Shown here piece by piece: positions 47,074-57,086 of a stretch of 64,000 nt of DNA. The position numbers and the translations under genes were made by a program. The notes under the pieces are model-generated. The model made no database searches, was not told the DNA's origin, and saw nothing but the letters and a program-made list of their open reading frames with translations. Numbering within the stretch: position 1 is the stretch's first letter; each line of letters opens with the position of its first letter. Origin of the DNA: Alphaproteobacteria bacterium (GTDB lineage Bacteria > Pseudomonadota > Alphaproteobacteria > CBCXTS01); contig CBCXTS010000005.1 in assembly GCA_965178085.1 (NCBI GenBank), forward strand, positions 27,811-91,810. The letters are read 5' to 3'.

Positions 47074-48120
47074 TTATCTATATTGATCCTTTGCTAGCAA
47101 GTAATCACACACATAGCTTCTTACACGCTCTGCAAATGACACTGTAGCGGCTTTTTGTCCAGTTATGTTCTCATATCGATGCATCGTTGCTTGCGTAAAA
47201 TACTGATAATGCTCTTTCAAATTATCTGGCAAAAGCACATATTCTATATCTGGTTGCTTATGCATCGCTTTATAAACCAAATTAGCCAATATTTCAAAAC
47301 TACGTGCTTGCCCAGTTGCAGAATTATATATCCCGGATTCACAACCATTTTCTAACAATTCTAGCATATGATTAATACAATCATCTACATGGACAAAATC
47401 ACGCTGTTGTTGACCATCTTGAATGTCCAAACGCCCTGATTGAAATAATCGCGCACGTCCAGTTTGTTGTATTTGGTTAACCCAATGTGGAATAACTGAA
47501 CTCTGTGCGTGTTTATGATACTCATTGGGCCCAAAAACATTAAAAAATTTCATCCCATACCAATGAGGAGGAGCCTTGCTAACATCACTGTTTGCATGTT
47601 TTGTAGCCCAAAGGTCAAAAATATGTTTAGAATTACCATAATGATTTAATGGACGTAACCGATTTAATAGCAATGGATCATCATCAAACCCGTGGCTTCC
47701 ATCGCCGTATGTTGCTGCTGAAGAGGCATAAACAAGATCAACGTGATGATGTGTGCACCAATTCCACATCGTTTGAGAAAATTTTATATTATTTTTGCGT
47801 AAATATTCGACATTGGTTACGGTCGTTGAGCTACTAGCTCCTATATGGAAAACAGCTCTGGGTTTTCTATCAATATGTTGATCAAGCCATTTGATAAGGT
47901 TTTGCGGGCTAATAAAGGCACAAATAGCATGCTTAGAAAGATTTTTATCTTTGTGGCTATCGTGATGATCGTGGGTATGGTCGTAAACGTAATCACTGAC
48001 AACAATATCAGCGCCCTTATTGACCAATCTAGCCACAAGATTACTACCTATAAAACCTCCTCCTCCCGTTACAATATATAAAGGAGGAGCGTTGGATAAA
48101 CCTAAATTATCGCTATCCAT
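47074..48120 (-). CDS. hldD: ADP-L-glycero-D-manno-heptose-6-epimerase (NAD-dependent epimerase). Start placed at internal Met (MDSDNLGL...); track ORF extends to 48228.
   Basis: Rossmann YIVTGGGGFIGSN, SSTT, YASSAATYG and the YxxxK region align with HldD/RfaD. The 36-aa N-terminal extension in the track ORF overlaps glcF by 100 nt and has no HldD counterpart. Confidence 0.75.
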   Translation of the reverse strand: MDSDNLGLSNAPPLYIVTGGGGFIGSNLVARLVNKGADIVVSDYVYDHTHDHHDSHKDKNLSKHAICAFISPQNLIKWLDQHIDRKPRAVFHIGASSSTTVTNVEYLRKNNIKFSQTMWNWCTHHHVDLVYASSAATYGDGSHGFDDDPLLLNRLRPLNHYGNSKHIFDLWATKHANSDVSKAPPHWYGMKFFNVFGPNEYHKHAQSSVIPHWVNQIQQTGRARLFQSGRLDIQDGQQQRDFVHVDDCINHMLELLENGCESGIYNSATGQARSFEILANLVYKAMHKQPDIEYVLLPDNLKEHYQYFTQATMHRYENITGQKAATVSFAERVRSYVCDYLLAKDQYR

Positions 48121-48127
48121 GATAACT

Positions 48128-49504
48128 TCACGACCTTTCTTGCATGAGACGTTCAGGCTCAAATGCACTATATACCCATGCCAATAATTCAGCCAAATGT
48201 AAAACTGGTATTCCGTTTTTTTTCTCAAGCTGCTTCATGCAACCAATATTGCTTGTTACAATAATATCTGGCTTTAAGCTATAAAGAGAATGCATTTTAC
48301 GCAATTTAAGATCCTGAGAAAGTTGTGCTTGAAACAATGCATAGGTGCCTGCAGAGCCACAACATAAATGAGCGTTTTTAGGGATTAAAACTTCAAACCC
48401 TGCTTGCTTTAAAAGTATTTGCGGCGCTGTTTTAATTTTTTGCCCATGCTGCAATGAACACGCACCATGATAAGCAACTATAATATTTTGGTGATCTTTT
48501 TTTCCTAAAAATTGTTTGATTTTCTCTTGGTTGGAAAGCAACGACCATTCTTTCCAATTAACTAAGAACGTTGATATATCAACGCTTATCGATGAAATTT
48601 GTTGCGCTTTTACTGCGATATCCTTTTGATTTGCAAATAAATCTCCATAATCTTTGACAACGCTACCACAACCTGATGCCGTCATGACAATTGCATCAAG
48701 CTTGTGTGCTTGTTTTTCTCCATGCCATACTTCAATGTTATTATGAGCTTTTTTTAACCCTACCTCTTGCTCTCCGGTATGCAAAGCAAGTGCTCCACAA
48801 CACCCAAGGCCTTCTGCTATCACCACCTCACAACCAAGGCTTGTCAATAACTGAGTTGCTGCTTTATTAATATCAGGAACTAATACAGGTTGTACACACC
48901 CGGGTAATAAACCAACTCGTATTCTAGGTTCTGGCAATATCGCCATATTATCGTGATCTTGGTTGATATGGTGGCCATTAAAAACCTGCTTTCTAGCACG
49001 TGAATGCTGCACAATCGGTACATGCTTAGGCAATGTTGCAATTTGATGGCGCAGCGTTGCTGGCAACAATGCTTGAAAAGGTCTTGCTAAATAAAGCAAT
49101 CCCAATGCTAACCTAAATTTTTGGCTTTCCATCAAAACCCCAACGATCAACGTACGATACCAGCGCTCAAAAAGAGGTCTGCGCCATTGTTTGGCAATCC
49201 GCGTTCGAGCTACATCTATTAATTTGCTATAATTTACACCTGCTGGACATGCTGTTACACACGCCAAGCACGAAAGACATCTATCAATATGTACAACAAA
49301 GCCTTGATGCATTTGATGATCGTTTTCAAGCATATCCTTGATCAAATAAATACGCCCACGCGGACCATCTAGCTCATCACCTAAAATTGTAAAAGTAGGG
49401 CATGTTGCATTGCACATTCCGCAATGTACACATTTGCGTATTTCTTGTTCAGCAATTTGGTTTTGCGGGTCTGTTAACTGCGTTTTTGTAAATTGTGTGC
49501 GCAT
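48128..49504 (-). CDS. glcF: Glycolate oxidase iron-sulfur subunit
   Basis: 458 aa. Two 4Fe-4S ferredoxin motifs (CVHCGMCNATCP; CLSCLACVTACP) followed by two CCG cysteine-rich domains (GCCGALAL; LCCGSAGTYAL). Confidence 0.85.
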   Translation of the reverse strand: MRTQFTKTQLTDPQNQIAEQEIRKCVHCGMCNATCPTFTILGDELDGPRGRIYLIKDMLENDHQMHQGFVVHIDRCLSCLACVTACPAGVNYSKLIDVARTRIAKQWRRPLFERWYRTLIVGVLMESQKFRLALGLLYLARPFQALLPATLRHQIATLPKHVPIVQHSRARKQVFNGHHINQDHDNMAILPEPRIRVGLLPGCVQPVLVPDINKAATQLLTSLGCEVVIAEGLGCCGALALHTGEQEVGLKKAHNNIEVWHGEKQAHKLDAIVMTASGCGSVVKDYGDLFANQKDIAVKAQQISSISVDISTFLVNWKEWSLLSNQEKIKQFLGKKDHQNIIVAYHGACSLQHGQKIKTAPQILLKQAGFEVLIPKNAHLCCGSAGTYALFQAQLSQDLKLRKMHSLYSLKPDIIVTSNIGCMKQLEKKNGIPVLHLAELLAWVYSAFEPERLMQERS

Positions 49505-49516
49505 ACTAATTTGCCA

Positions 49517-50803
49517 TTAAAATTTATAAAATCGCCCAGGATTTAAAATCCTTAATGGATCAAAACTATCCTTGATACGCACTTGCAAGGCTTTAGTAAT
49601 TGAATCAAGAGGGTGAAAAATATCTAGATCCTGCATATTTTTATGCTCGCTTCTAATCAATGTTGCATGCCCACTTAGTTTTTGCAATAATGTTGTTCTA
49701 ATGATTTGTGCTTGCTGTTGAATATTTGACATGCCTTCTAAATGAGGTACATCTATCAATATAGGCTCTTTTTGTGTTTTCAAACGATTAACCCCAACCC
49801 ATATCAAGCCACCTGACCAATCAAGATAATAATCAAAATCTAAATGCTCTTCTAGCGCACGTATTGCAATATCTGCTTGTGCAGGTGGTACATGCACACG
49901 CCATATATCCCGACAATCATAAGCGCTTTCAAAAGGATGTATATCTCTAATAGATTGCCATAATGCAAGTGACTCAGTATGTCCAATCTTGTTGACTTGT
50001 TTGCTTTTAAAAAGCATTGCAAGAGCATTAAAATGATGATCAAGCAAATTTTTTTCACCTTCTATACATAGAAAAACGCCACTTTTATTAGCCCTTTTAC
50101 TCTTGACAAGTTGCTTAGGTATATATGCCGATGCACAAATATTATAGGGTGAATTTAAAGCTTTTGTCATCCATGCTACAGCCTCTTCAAGCTCCACATT
50201 ATCAACCCATAATGTTACTTCATTTTGACTCAATGGCATGGTCTTAATCGTAACTTCATGCATGATACCAAGCGTTCCCCAACTGCCAGTCAATAGCTTA
50301 CATACATCATAACCTGTTACGTTTTTTACAACTTTGCCGCCTGCTTTGATGTCTTCTGCTCTTCCATTGACAAACGATACCCCAAGCAAATAATCCCTTG
50401 CTGGACCTGCCCCCAATCTTCTAGAACCATGATGGTTGGTCGCAAATGCACCGCCTAATGTTGCTTGCTTTGTTGTGCCTAAAAAACGATTGAAATCTGG
50501 CGGATCAAAAGCCAGTTTCTGATTAGATGCATTTAATATTTGCTCCAATAAAGCAATAGAAGTTGCTGCTTTGGTCGTTAAAATTAATTCTTCTGGGTGA
50601 TAGTCTATCACACCTGAAATATTGCTTAAATCCAACAATTGCACTTGCGTTTGTACATCATCGCTGGAGCATATTGGAGATCCTATCAATTGCTTACTTG
50701 CACCCCCTACAATCTCAAGAGATGTATTAAGATCAATCGCATTTGCAATGATGTCTTGCAGTTCTTTTGAGTCGGTTGGCTGATAGGGTTTCATGATATC
50801 CAA
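49517..50803 (-). CDS. glcE: Glycolate oxidase FAD-binding subunit
   Basis: 428 aa FAD-binding PCMH-type domain protein, lying between glcD and glcF as in glcDEF operons. Confidence 0.65.
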   Translation of the reverse strand: MDIMKPYQPTDSKELQDIIANAIDLNTSLEIVGGASKQLIGSPICSSDDVQTQVQLLDLSNISGVIDYHPEELILTTKAATSIALLEQILNASNQKLAFDPPDFNRFLGTTKQATLGGAFATNHHGSRRLGAGPARDYLLGVSFVNGRAEDIKAGGKVVKNVTGYDVCKLLTGSWGTLGIMHEVTIKTMPLSQNEVTLWVDNVELEEAVAWMTKALNSPYNICASAYIPKQLVKSKRANKSGVFLCIEGEKNLLDHHFNALAMLFKSKQVNKIGHTESLALWQSIRDIHPFESAYDCRDIWRVHVPPAQADIAIRALEEHLDFDYYLDWSGGLIWVGVNRLKTQKEPILIDVPHLEGMSNIQQQAQIIRTTLLQKLSGHATLIRSEHKNMQDLDIFHPLDSITKALQVRIKDSFDPLRILNPGRFYKF

Positions 50804-50879
50804 TGGATCGATAGCTTAATGCATCATATTGATTTGATAACGCACTTCAAAAGACAGCTTTAATGGCATGGTTAATAAA

Positions 50880-52373
50880 TCAAAATCTAGGTATTTCTGG
50901 ATGAGGTACAGCTCCTCGATGAACATGCAGCTTACTTAACTCTGCACAACGATGAAGGGTCGGAAAAACCTTCCCTGGGTTCAAAAGTTGATCTGGATCA
51001 AAAGCACATTTAATTCTTTGTTGCTGTTTTAAGTCAATCTCGGTGAACATTTCACCCATGATATCGCGTTTTTCTATGCCAACACCATGCTCGCCTGTTA
51101 AAACGCCCCCAACTTGAATGCAAAGACGCAAGATATCTGCTCCAAAAGCTTCTGCCTTATCAAGCTCTCCTTCAATACTTGCATCAAACAAAATAAGTGG
51201 ATGTAAATTTCCATCGCCAGCATGAAACACATTAATAACCGCCAATTGATAGTCTTTTGACATTTTACGCATCTGCTCAAGTACCTTAGGAAGCTGGAAT
51301 CGAGGGATGGTTCCATCCATGACTAAATAATCTGGTGACATTTTTCCACAAGCGCTAAAAGCTGCTTTCCTACCATCCCAAAATGCCATTCTTTCCTCAT
51401 CCGTTTTTGAGCATCTCCAGTATGTCGCACCATGTTGATTTGCAATTTGGTGTATCCGTTCAACTTGTAACTCTAGCGCATTTTTAAGTCCATCCAACTC
51501 AACAATCAAAAGCGCTTCTACATTGTTAGGATAACCAGCATCCATATAGCTTTGAATAGCCTCAATAGCTGCCTTGTCCATCATTTCCATACCTGCTGGA
51601 ATAATACCAGCACCAATGATAGCGCTAACGCAAGTGCCTGCGCCTGTTTCATCATCAAATCCAATCAGCATGGCACATCTTGTTTCAGGTTTTTGAAGGA
51701 TACGTACCGTTACCTCACTAACTACCCCTAGCAACCCTTCTGAGCCAGTTAAAATACCCATCACATCATAGCCCGCATGATCAAAAAACTTTCCTCCCAC
51801 GCGGATAATTTCTCCGTTGATCAATACAATCTCAAGACCAAGCAAATTATGCGTTGTAAGGCCATATTTTAAACAATGAATGCCCCCTGAATTTTCTGCT
51901 ACATTGCCACCAATAGAACACGCCATTTGACTAGAAGGATCTGGCGCATAGTAAAATCCTTGATCTTCAACTGCTTTTGTAATAGCAAGATTGGTAACGC
52001 AAGATTGCACAGTTACTGCACGATTGTCGTAATCAATCTCAAGAATTTGATTAAGTTTACCAAGTGAAACGATAATACCATCTTCAAGTGGATGAGATCC
52101 ACCACTTAACGATGTTCCAGCCCCGCGCGCTACCACTTTGATTTTATTGTTATAGCAATAACGTAATACTGATGATAACTCTTCCACATTGCTAGGCAAC
52201 ACAACCAATAATGGTAGCGTCTTATATGCCGTCAAAGCGTCACTCTCATAAGGTCTTAGACAATGCTCGTCATCAATCACTTGATCTGGAGCACCAACTA
52301 ATGCACGCAGTTCTTGTGCAATAATGGGCCTGCGCAATATCACCGCAGGATCGCTCGAAGGCATTGTAATCAT
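50880..52373 (-). CDS. glcD: Glycolate oxidase subunit GlcD (FAD-linked oxidase)
   Basis: 497 aa. FAD-binding type 4 domain plus C-terminal FAD-linked oxidase domain (GTITGEHGVG-like HGVGIEK). Confidence 0.85.
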   Translation of the reverse strand: MITMPSSDPAVILRRPIIAQELRALVGAPDQVIDDEHCLRPYESDALTAYKTLPLLVVLPSNVEELSSVLRYCYNNKIKVVARGAGTSLSGGSHPLEDGIIVSLGKLNQILEIDYDNRAVTVQSCVTNLAITKAVEDQGFYYAPDPSSQMACSIGGNVAENSGGIHCLKYGLTTHNLLGLEIVLINGEIIRVGGKFFDHAGYDVMGILTGSEGLLGVVSEVTVRILQKPETRCAMLIGFDDETGAGTCVSAIIGAGIIPAGMEMMDKAAIEAIQSYMDAGYPNNVEALLIVELDGLKNALELQVERIHQIANQHGATYWRCSKTDEERMAFWDGRKAAFSACGKMSPDYLVMDGTIPRFQLPKVLEQMRKMSKDYQLAVINVFHAGDGNLHPLILFDASIEGELDKAEAFGADILRLCIQVGGVLTGEHGVGIEKRDIMGEMFTEIDLKQQQRIKCAFDPDQLLNPGKVFPTLHRCAELSKLHVHRGAVPHPEIPRF

Positions 52374-52417
52374 TGGATGCGTTTCATCTCGATGTGATAG
52401 AAAAGCTTTACTATCAA

Positions 52418-53635
52418 TTATGCGCCTAGTTTGAGCCTTAAATTACCTTCAATTGCATCTAAAAACTGGTTTGTTGTCAACCATTGTGCCTCAGGCGCTA
52501 TCAAGATGGCCAAATCTTTAGTCATTTTTCCAGATTCAACCGTTTGGATACAGACTTCTTCAAGAGTTTTAGCAAATTTTACAACCTCAGATGTATCATC
52601 AAACTTACCTCGATAAGCCAATCCTGTTGTCCAAGCAAAAATAGATGCAATTGGATTTGTTGAAGTTTCTTGACCTGCTTGATGTTCTCGGTAATGACGT
52701 GTAACTGTGCCATGTGCTGCTTCAGATTCTACACATTGTCCATCAGGTGTTGTTAAAACACTAGTCATCAACCCAAGTGAACCATAACCTTGTGCTATTG
52801 TGTCAGATTGCACATCTCCATCATAATTTTTACATGCCCATAAAAAATCGCCTTCAGATCTTAAGGCCTGAGCAACCATATCGTCTATTAATCGGTGTTC
52901 ATACCAAATGTTTTTATCACTAAACTGATCTTTAAACTCATGATCAAAAATCTCTTGAAATAAGTCTTTAAAGCGCCCATCATATGCTTTTAAAATTGTA
53001 TTTTTAGTAGATAGATACACTGACACATTGCGCGTCAATGCATAATTAAAACAAGCTCTGGCAAAACCTATAATAGAATGATCTACGTTATACATTGCCA
53101 TAGCAACACCACTATTTTCAAAATGAAAAACCTCATGATGTATCTCTTGTCCACCATCATCAGGTGTAAAGCTAATGTTTAGCGTACCTGCACTTGGCAC
53201 TTTAAAATCGGTAGCCTTATATTGGTCTCCATATGCATGGCGTGCAATGATCATAGGTTTTGTCCAGTTTGGTACAAGGCGTGGTACGTTAGAACATATA
53301 ATTGGCTCTCTAAAAACCACACCATCTAAAATATTACGGATTGTGCCATTTGGTGATCTATACATTCTTTTAAGGCCAAATTCTTCCACGCGTGCTTCAT
53401 CAGGCGTGATTGTTGCACATTTAACGCCAACACGATGTTTTAAAATCGCATTTGCAGCATCAACAGTAATCTGATCATTGGTTGCATCGCGCTTTTCTAT
53501 ACCCAAATCATATGTCTCAAGTTTGATATCAAGATAAGGAAGGATCAGTTTTTCCTTGATAAATTTCCAGATAATCCGCGTCATCTCATCGCCATCAAGC
53601 TCAACTAATGCATTTTTAACTAAAATTTTAGCCAT
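52418..53635 (-). CDS. icd: NADP-dependent isocitrate dehydrogenase (dimeric eukaryote-like IDH1/2 type)
   Basis: 405 aa. N-terminus [23 protein letters not shown]... and blocks [17 protein letters not shown] and [12 protein letters not shown] match the alphaproteobacterial ~404-aa IDH. Confidence 0.95.
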   Translation of the reverse strand: MAKILVKNALVELDGDEMTRIIWKFIKEKLILPYLDIKLETYDLGIEKRDATNDQITVDAANAILKHRVGVKCATITPDEARVEEFGLKRMYRSPNGTIRNILDGVVFREPIICSNVPRLVPNWTKPMIIARHAYGDQYKATDFKVPSAGTLNISFTPDDGGQEIHHEVFHFENSGVAMAMYNVDHSIIGFARACFNYALTRNVSVYLSTKNTILKAYDGRFKDLFQEIFDHEFKDQFSDKNIWYEHRLIDDMVAQALRSEGDFLWACKNYDGDVQSDTIAQGYGSLGLMTSVLTTPDGQCVESEAAHGTVTRHYREHQAGQETSTNPIASIFAWTTGLAYRGKFDDTSEVVKFAKTLEEVCIQTVESGKMTKDLAILIAPEAQWLTTNQFLDAIEGNLRLKLGA

Positions 53636-53863
53636 ATTACCTACATTTCCTTTCTTTGATATTTGCTTATTCTTTCTAAGACATAACCTAAATTTAATAA
53701 AACCTCAATCATTACAAATCAATTTTATTAGGCCAATGCTGGTTTTATCAAGCCAGTACTTCATGCTATCATCATCATCATCAGTGCCGGTTTTAAAAAA
53801 TGGCCTAGATTCTGCTTAACTAGTTTGGAGCTTACTAGTTTTTAATTAAATCAAACCTTTGAC

Positions 53864-54454
53864 ATGAATACCAGCCCATTGCCACAAGACATGCTCGATA
53901 GCATTGATCGTGAGTCGCACGCTTTCTGGCAGTGGTCGAGTGCTATATGGCAACATCCTCAAGTAGAAAAAGCTGCCATTTCTTTGCAAGAAATATACTC
54001 TATTGATGTGCAATTATTATTGCTTAGTCAGTGGTATGGATTACAAAATAAAATACTAATACAGCCCTTGATTGAAGCTATCCTTTTTTCAAGTTTAAAT
54101 TGGTCTTTAAAAATAACATTGCCGCTGCGCTCAATGCAGATATATTTAAAAGAAACAAAACATTCTATATCACCAGAAACCCAAGAACAATTCAGACAAC
54201 AAATAAAGTATCTGGAGCTAGAAAGTGAGCGATTACAGCAATATCAAATTATCTATAGCTTACACAAAATAAACTTGCAAGAAGGCACACAAATTACAAC
54301 CACCTCTAGCCCTGTTGAAGCTATGCAAACTAATTTTATGCACATGATGCAAGCCTATCGTATCCAATATAACCCTAGAAAATCTGATGATGGTATTTTA
54401 AATTTAGCCAACATCTTATTGCAAACTATTTTAGATCATCCAACATCTTCTTGA
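53864..54454 (+). CDS. Conserved hypothetical protein, DUF2390/TIGR02444-like
   Basis: 196 aa. The pattern FWQWSSAIWQHPQVEKAAISLQEIYSIDVQLLLLSQWYG resembles the W.FSL.LY..P.V...CL.LQD.....N.LLF..W signature of that family. Recalled from memory, not searched. Confidence 0.4.
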   Translation: MNTSPLPQDMLDSIDRESHAFWQWSSAIWQHPQVEKAAISLQEIYSIDVQLLLLSQWYGLQNKILIQPLIEAILFSSLNWSLKITLPLRSMQIYLKETKHSISPETQEQFRQQIKYLELESERLQQYQIIYSLHKINLQEGTQITTTSSPVEAMQTNFMHMMQAYRIQYNPRKSDDGILNLANILLQTILDHPTSS

Positions 54455-54460
54455 GTATGA

Positions 54461-55660
54461 TTGACCATGGCCATTCGCCCTATTAATAGAATTGCTTCTG
54501 CTGCAACCCCTAGTGGTACAGTTTTTGGAGTACTGTATGGTGTTGAAAACTTTGGCCGTGCCATGTTAGCTACCACTATTTCGTTATATGGTATTGAGGT
54601 GATGGAGACGGTGCAATCGCTTTCTATTGTGTTGTTTGCTACTTCTATTATTTCACTCATTGTAACGCTAGGTTCAGGCGTTTTCATCCAAATAATATCA
54701 CGTAAATTTGTTTTTTCCATTGCCTGTTGCCTATCGCTAATATCAATGGTTTTCTTTTTAATTGAAACCCCTACAGGTTTTATACTAGCTAATACTTTTC
54801 GAGCATGCGCTGCAGGGTTAATTTTGATTTGCATATCTCTTTATGTGTTAGATTTTATACCTAAAAAAGAGCTTGCCAAGGCAGAAAGTCGAAGAATTTT
54901 TTTTGGAGGCTTTGCTTGGCTAATGGCTCCAGGAATAGGCACTTGGACATGGGCTAATATTGATCACTCTATCCCATTTCTTATTAGCTTTTTGACCACC
55001 GTAATATTGTTAGGACTTTTCTGGTGGTTGCGCATTAAAGAATCTCATGAAATTGACCCACCAAACTCTAAAAACTTAAATATTTTAACGAATGTTTTTA
55101 ATTATTTCAACAATGGCCATATGCGCGTTGCCTATATCATTGCTGTGTGTCGATCGAGTGCATGGGTTGTGTTTTTTGCTTATGGACCAATATACATGCT
55201 TGATGCTGGAGTGGCACCTGAATGGATTGGTTTTATCATCAGCGCCATTATGAGCGCACTTATGCTTTCGGCTCAATTTTTAAAATTTGCCCGCTTTGTT
55301 GGTATCCGTCGTATTATCGTTTATTGTTTTATCCTTGCGGGTATTTTCTTTGCAACAATTGGTTTATTGCCAAAACCTACTATTTGGGGTTTAGGCTTGT
55401 TTTTTATGGCATCTCTTTGCATTGATATGCTTGATGTTATAGGCAATTTACCGTTCTTGCGCACTGTACCTAAAAATACACGTGTTGAAATGACAACCGT
55501 TTTTTCAACATGGCGAGAATTATCGTTTACATTAACCCCTGGAATTGCTTATATTGTGTTAATATTTTTACCAGTCCATGGCCTTTTTCTAGTTTTAGGG
55601 TGTGCGTTTCTAGCAACTGGAGCTGTTGCTTCTACAATCCCTGTACGCATTGATAAATAA
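54461..55660 (+). CDS. Major facilitator superfamily transporter
   Basis: 399 aa, about 12 predicted hydrophobic helices. Begins 7 nt after the preceding ORF. Confidence 0.7.
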   Translation: MTMAIRPINRIASAATPSGTVFGVLYGVENFGRAMLATTISLYGIEVMETVQSLSIVLFATSIISLIVTLGSGVFIQIISRKFVFSIACCLSLISMVFFLIETPTGFILANTFRACAAGLILICISLYVLDFIPKKELAKAESRRIFFGGFAWLMAPGIGTWTWANIDHSIPFLISFLTTVILLGLFWWLRIKESHEIDPPNSKNLNILTNVFNYFNNGHMRVAYIIAVCRSSAWVVFFAYGPIYMLDAGVAPEWIGFIISAIMSALMLSAQFLKFARFVGIRRIIVYCFILAGIFFATIGLLPKPTIWGLGLFFMASLCIDMLDVIGNLPFLRTVPKNTRVEMTTVFSTWRELSFTLTPGIAYIVLIFLPVHGLFLVLGCAFLATGAVASTIPVRIDK

Positions 55661-55733
55661 ATATAAACGCGTTATTGTGGCCATCACTATCAAACAATCT
55701 TATTGTTCATAAACCATTAGTACATCTAACCAT

Positions 55734-56351
55734 ATGCTAGATATTTTTATAAGTGCTTTTATTATTTATCTTGTCATCATTGATCCAATGGGTACGGCAA
55801 GCGTTTTTATTGCCCTTTCATCAAAGCTTTCAAGAAAACAAAAAATTACCGCTTGTGTTGAAGCTATTCTGGTTGCTACTTTTATACTCATATTTTTTGC
55901 GCTTTTTGGCTCATGGTTATTAGATTATCTTAATGTTTCATTAGCTTCTTTCAAAATTTCAGGTGGCATTATTTTACTGCTGGTTGCTTTAGACATGTTG
56001 TCTAACAAACGCCAAGAACGCAAGCGTAACGATACCAATATTAATGATGATAGTGCCAATAGCATTATATTTCCTTTAGCTATCCCCATCATAGCAGGGC
56101 CTGCTGCCATTACTTCTGTGATGATCGTAAGCGCCAATTATCAAGATAATCTTAATAGTCTTTTATTAAATTATGCTGCCCTAGCAAGCGTGATGCTTTT
56201 AACATTAATTGTATTAATTATGGTCAGTATTGCTGGTCGATTGATTAATCTAAAAATAAGTGATGTTATTGCGCGTATTGCAGCAATTTTACTAACAGCA
56301 CTATCAATCCAATACATCCTTGATGGTATGAAAGAATCGCATTTGTTTTAA
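55734..56351 (+). CDS. marC: MarC family (UPF0056) integral membrane protein
   Basis: 205 aa, six TM segments, N-terminal FIIYLVIIDPMGTASVFIAL typical of the MarC family. Confidence 0.75.
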   Translation: MLDIFISAFIIYLVIIDPMGTASVFIALSSKLSRKQKITACVEAILVATFILIFFALFGSWLLDYLNVSLASFKISGGIILLLVALDMLSNKRQERKRNDTNINDDSANSIIFPLAIPIIAGPAAITSVMIVSANYQDNLNSLLLNYAALASVMLLTLIVLIMVSIAGRLINLKISDVIARIAAILLTALSIQYILDGMKESHLF

Positions 56352-56432
56352 AACTAAAACCATACCTCCATATCTCTTATAATAGCCTATCTGCCTTTTA
56401 ATTCTTCATATTTAATAGCAGCCTTATTTGTT

Positions 56433-57059
56433 TTATATTAATGGAACAAAGCGCACATCCCCAATGGTATCTTTGACGATGTTGCCCCCATTATTGATCA
56501 TGCGAACAAGCTCTTGACGTTGTGCTTGACCACCTATAGGAATAACCATAATACCTTGATTAGGATCAAGTTGGTCCAATAGTTTTTTAGGTACTTCAAT
56601 AGCAGCCGCGCTAACAATAATAGCTTGAAACATAATATCTTGAGGCCAACCAAGCCATCCATCTCCTTGGCGTAAGACGATATTATTGCGTATTAGATTT
56701 TGCTGGCGAAGAGTTTCAAGCCTATGCTTAACTGTTTGGGCAAGCAAAGGGTTGCTCTCTAATGAAAAAACCCTGCCTGCCAACCTTGATAGCAAAGCTG
56801 TTTGATAACCTGAGCCTGTACCAATTTCTAAAACCTTATCTGTTTTTTTGACATGGCTAAGTTCTATCATTTGCGCGACAAGGCTTGGTTGTGAAATGGT
56901 TTGCCCTTCACCTATAGGCAATGCCACATCTTCATGTGCATGTGATTGCATTGAAGCAGGTAAAAAATCACTCCTTGGGATAATACGCAATGCTTCTAAA
57001 AGAGCCTCATTGCGCACACCATTTTCATATGCTGATTGTACAAGAGTTTTAGCTGGCAT
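56433..57059 (-). CDS. pcm: Protein-L-isoaspartate O-methyltransferase
   Basis: 208 aa. SAM-binding motif VLEIGTGSGYQTALL and the conserved TISQP block. Confidence 0.9.
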   Translation of the reverse strand: MPAKTLVQSAYENGVRNEALLEALRIIPRSDFLPASMQSHAHEDVALPIGEGQTISQPSLVAQMIELSHVKKTDKVLEIGTGSGYQTALLSRLAGRVFSLESNPLLAQTVKHRLETLRQQNLIRNNIVLRQGDGWLGWPQDIMFQAIIVSAAAIEVPKKLLDQLDPNQGIMVIPIGGQAQRQELVRMINNGGNIVKDTIGDVRFVPLI

Positions 57060-57086
57060 CTTTAAACTTAAGGGTACAATTGCTCT

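Noticed and set aside
47074-48228. Full-length 384-aa hldD ORF start at 48228
   Set aside because: It would overlap the glcF coding end by 100 nt, and the extra 36 residues have no counterpart in HldD. An internal ATG at 48120 was preferred.
53636-53863. (CAT)n-like run tgctatcatcatcatcatcagtg in the icd/DUF2390 divergent intergenic region
   Set aside because: It is only ~5 trinucleotide copies in a non-coding spacer, with no evidence of function.
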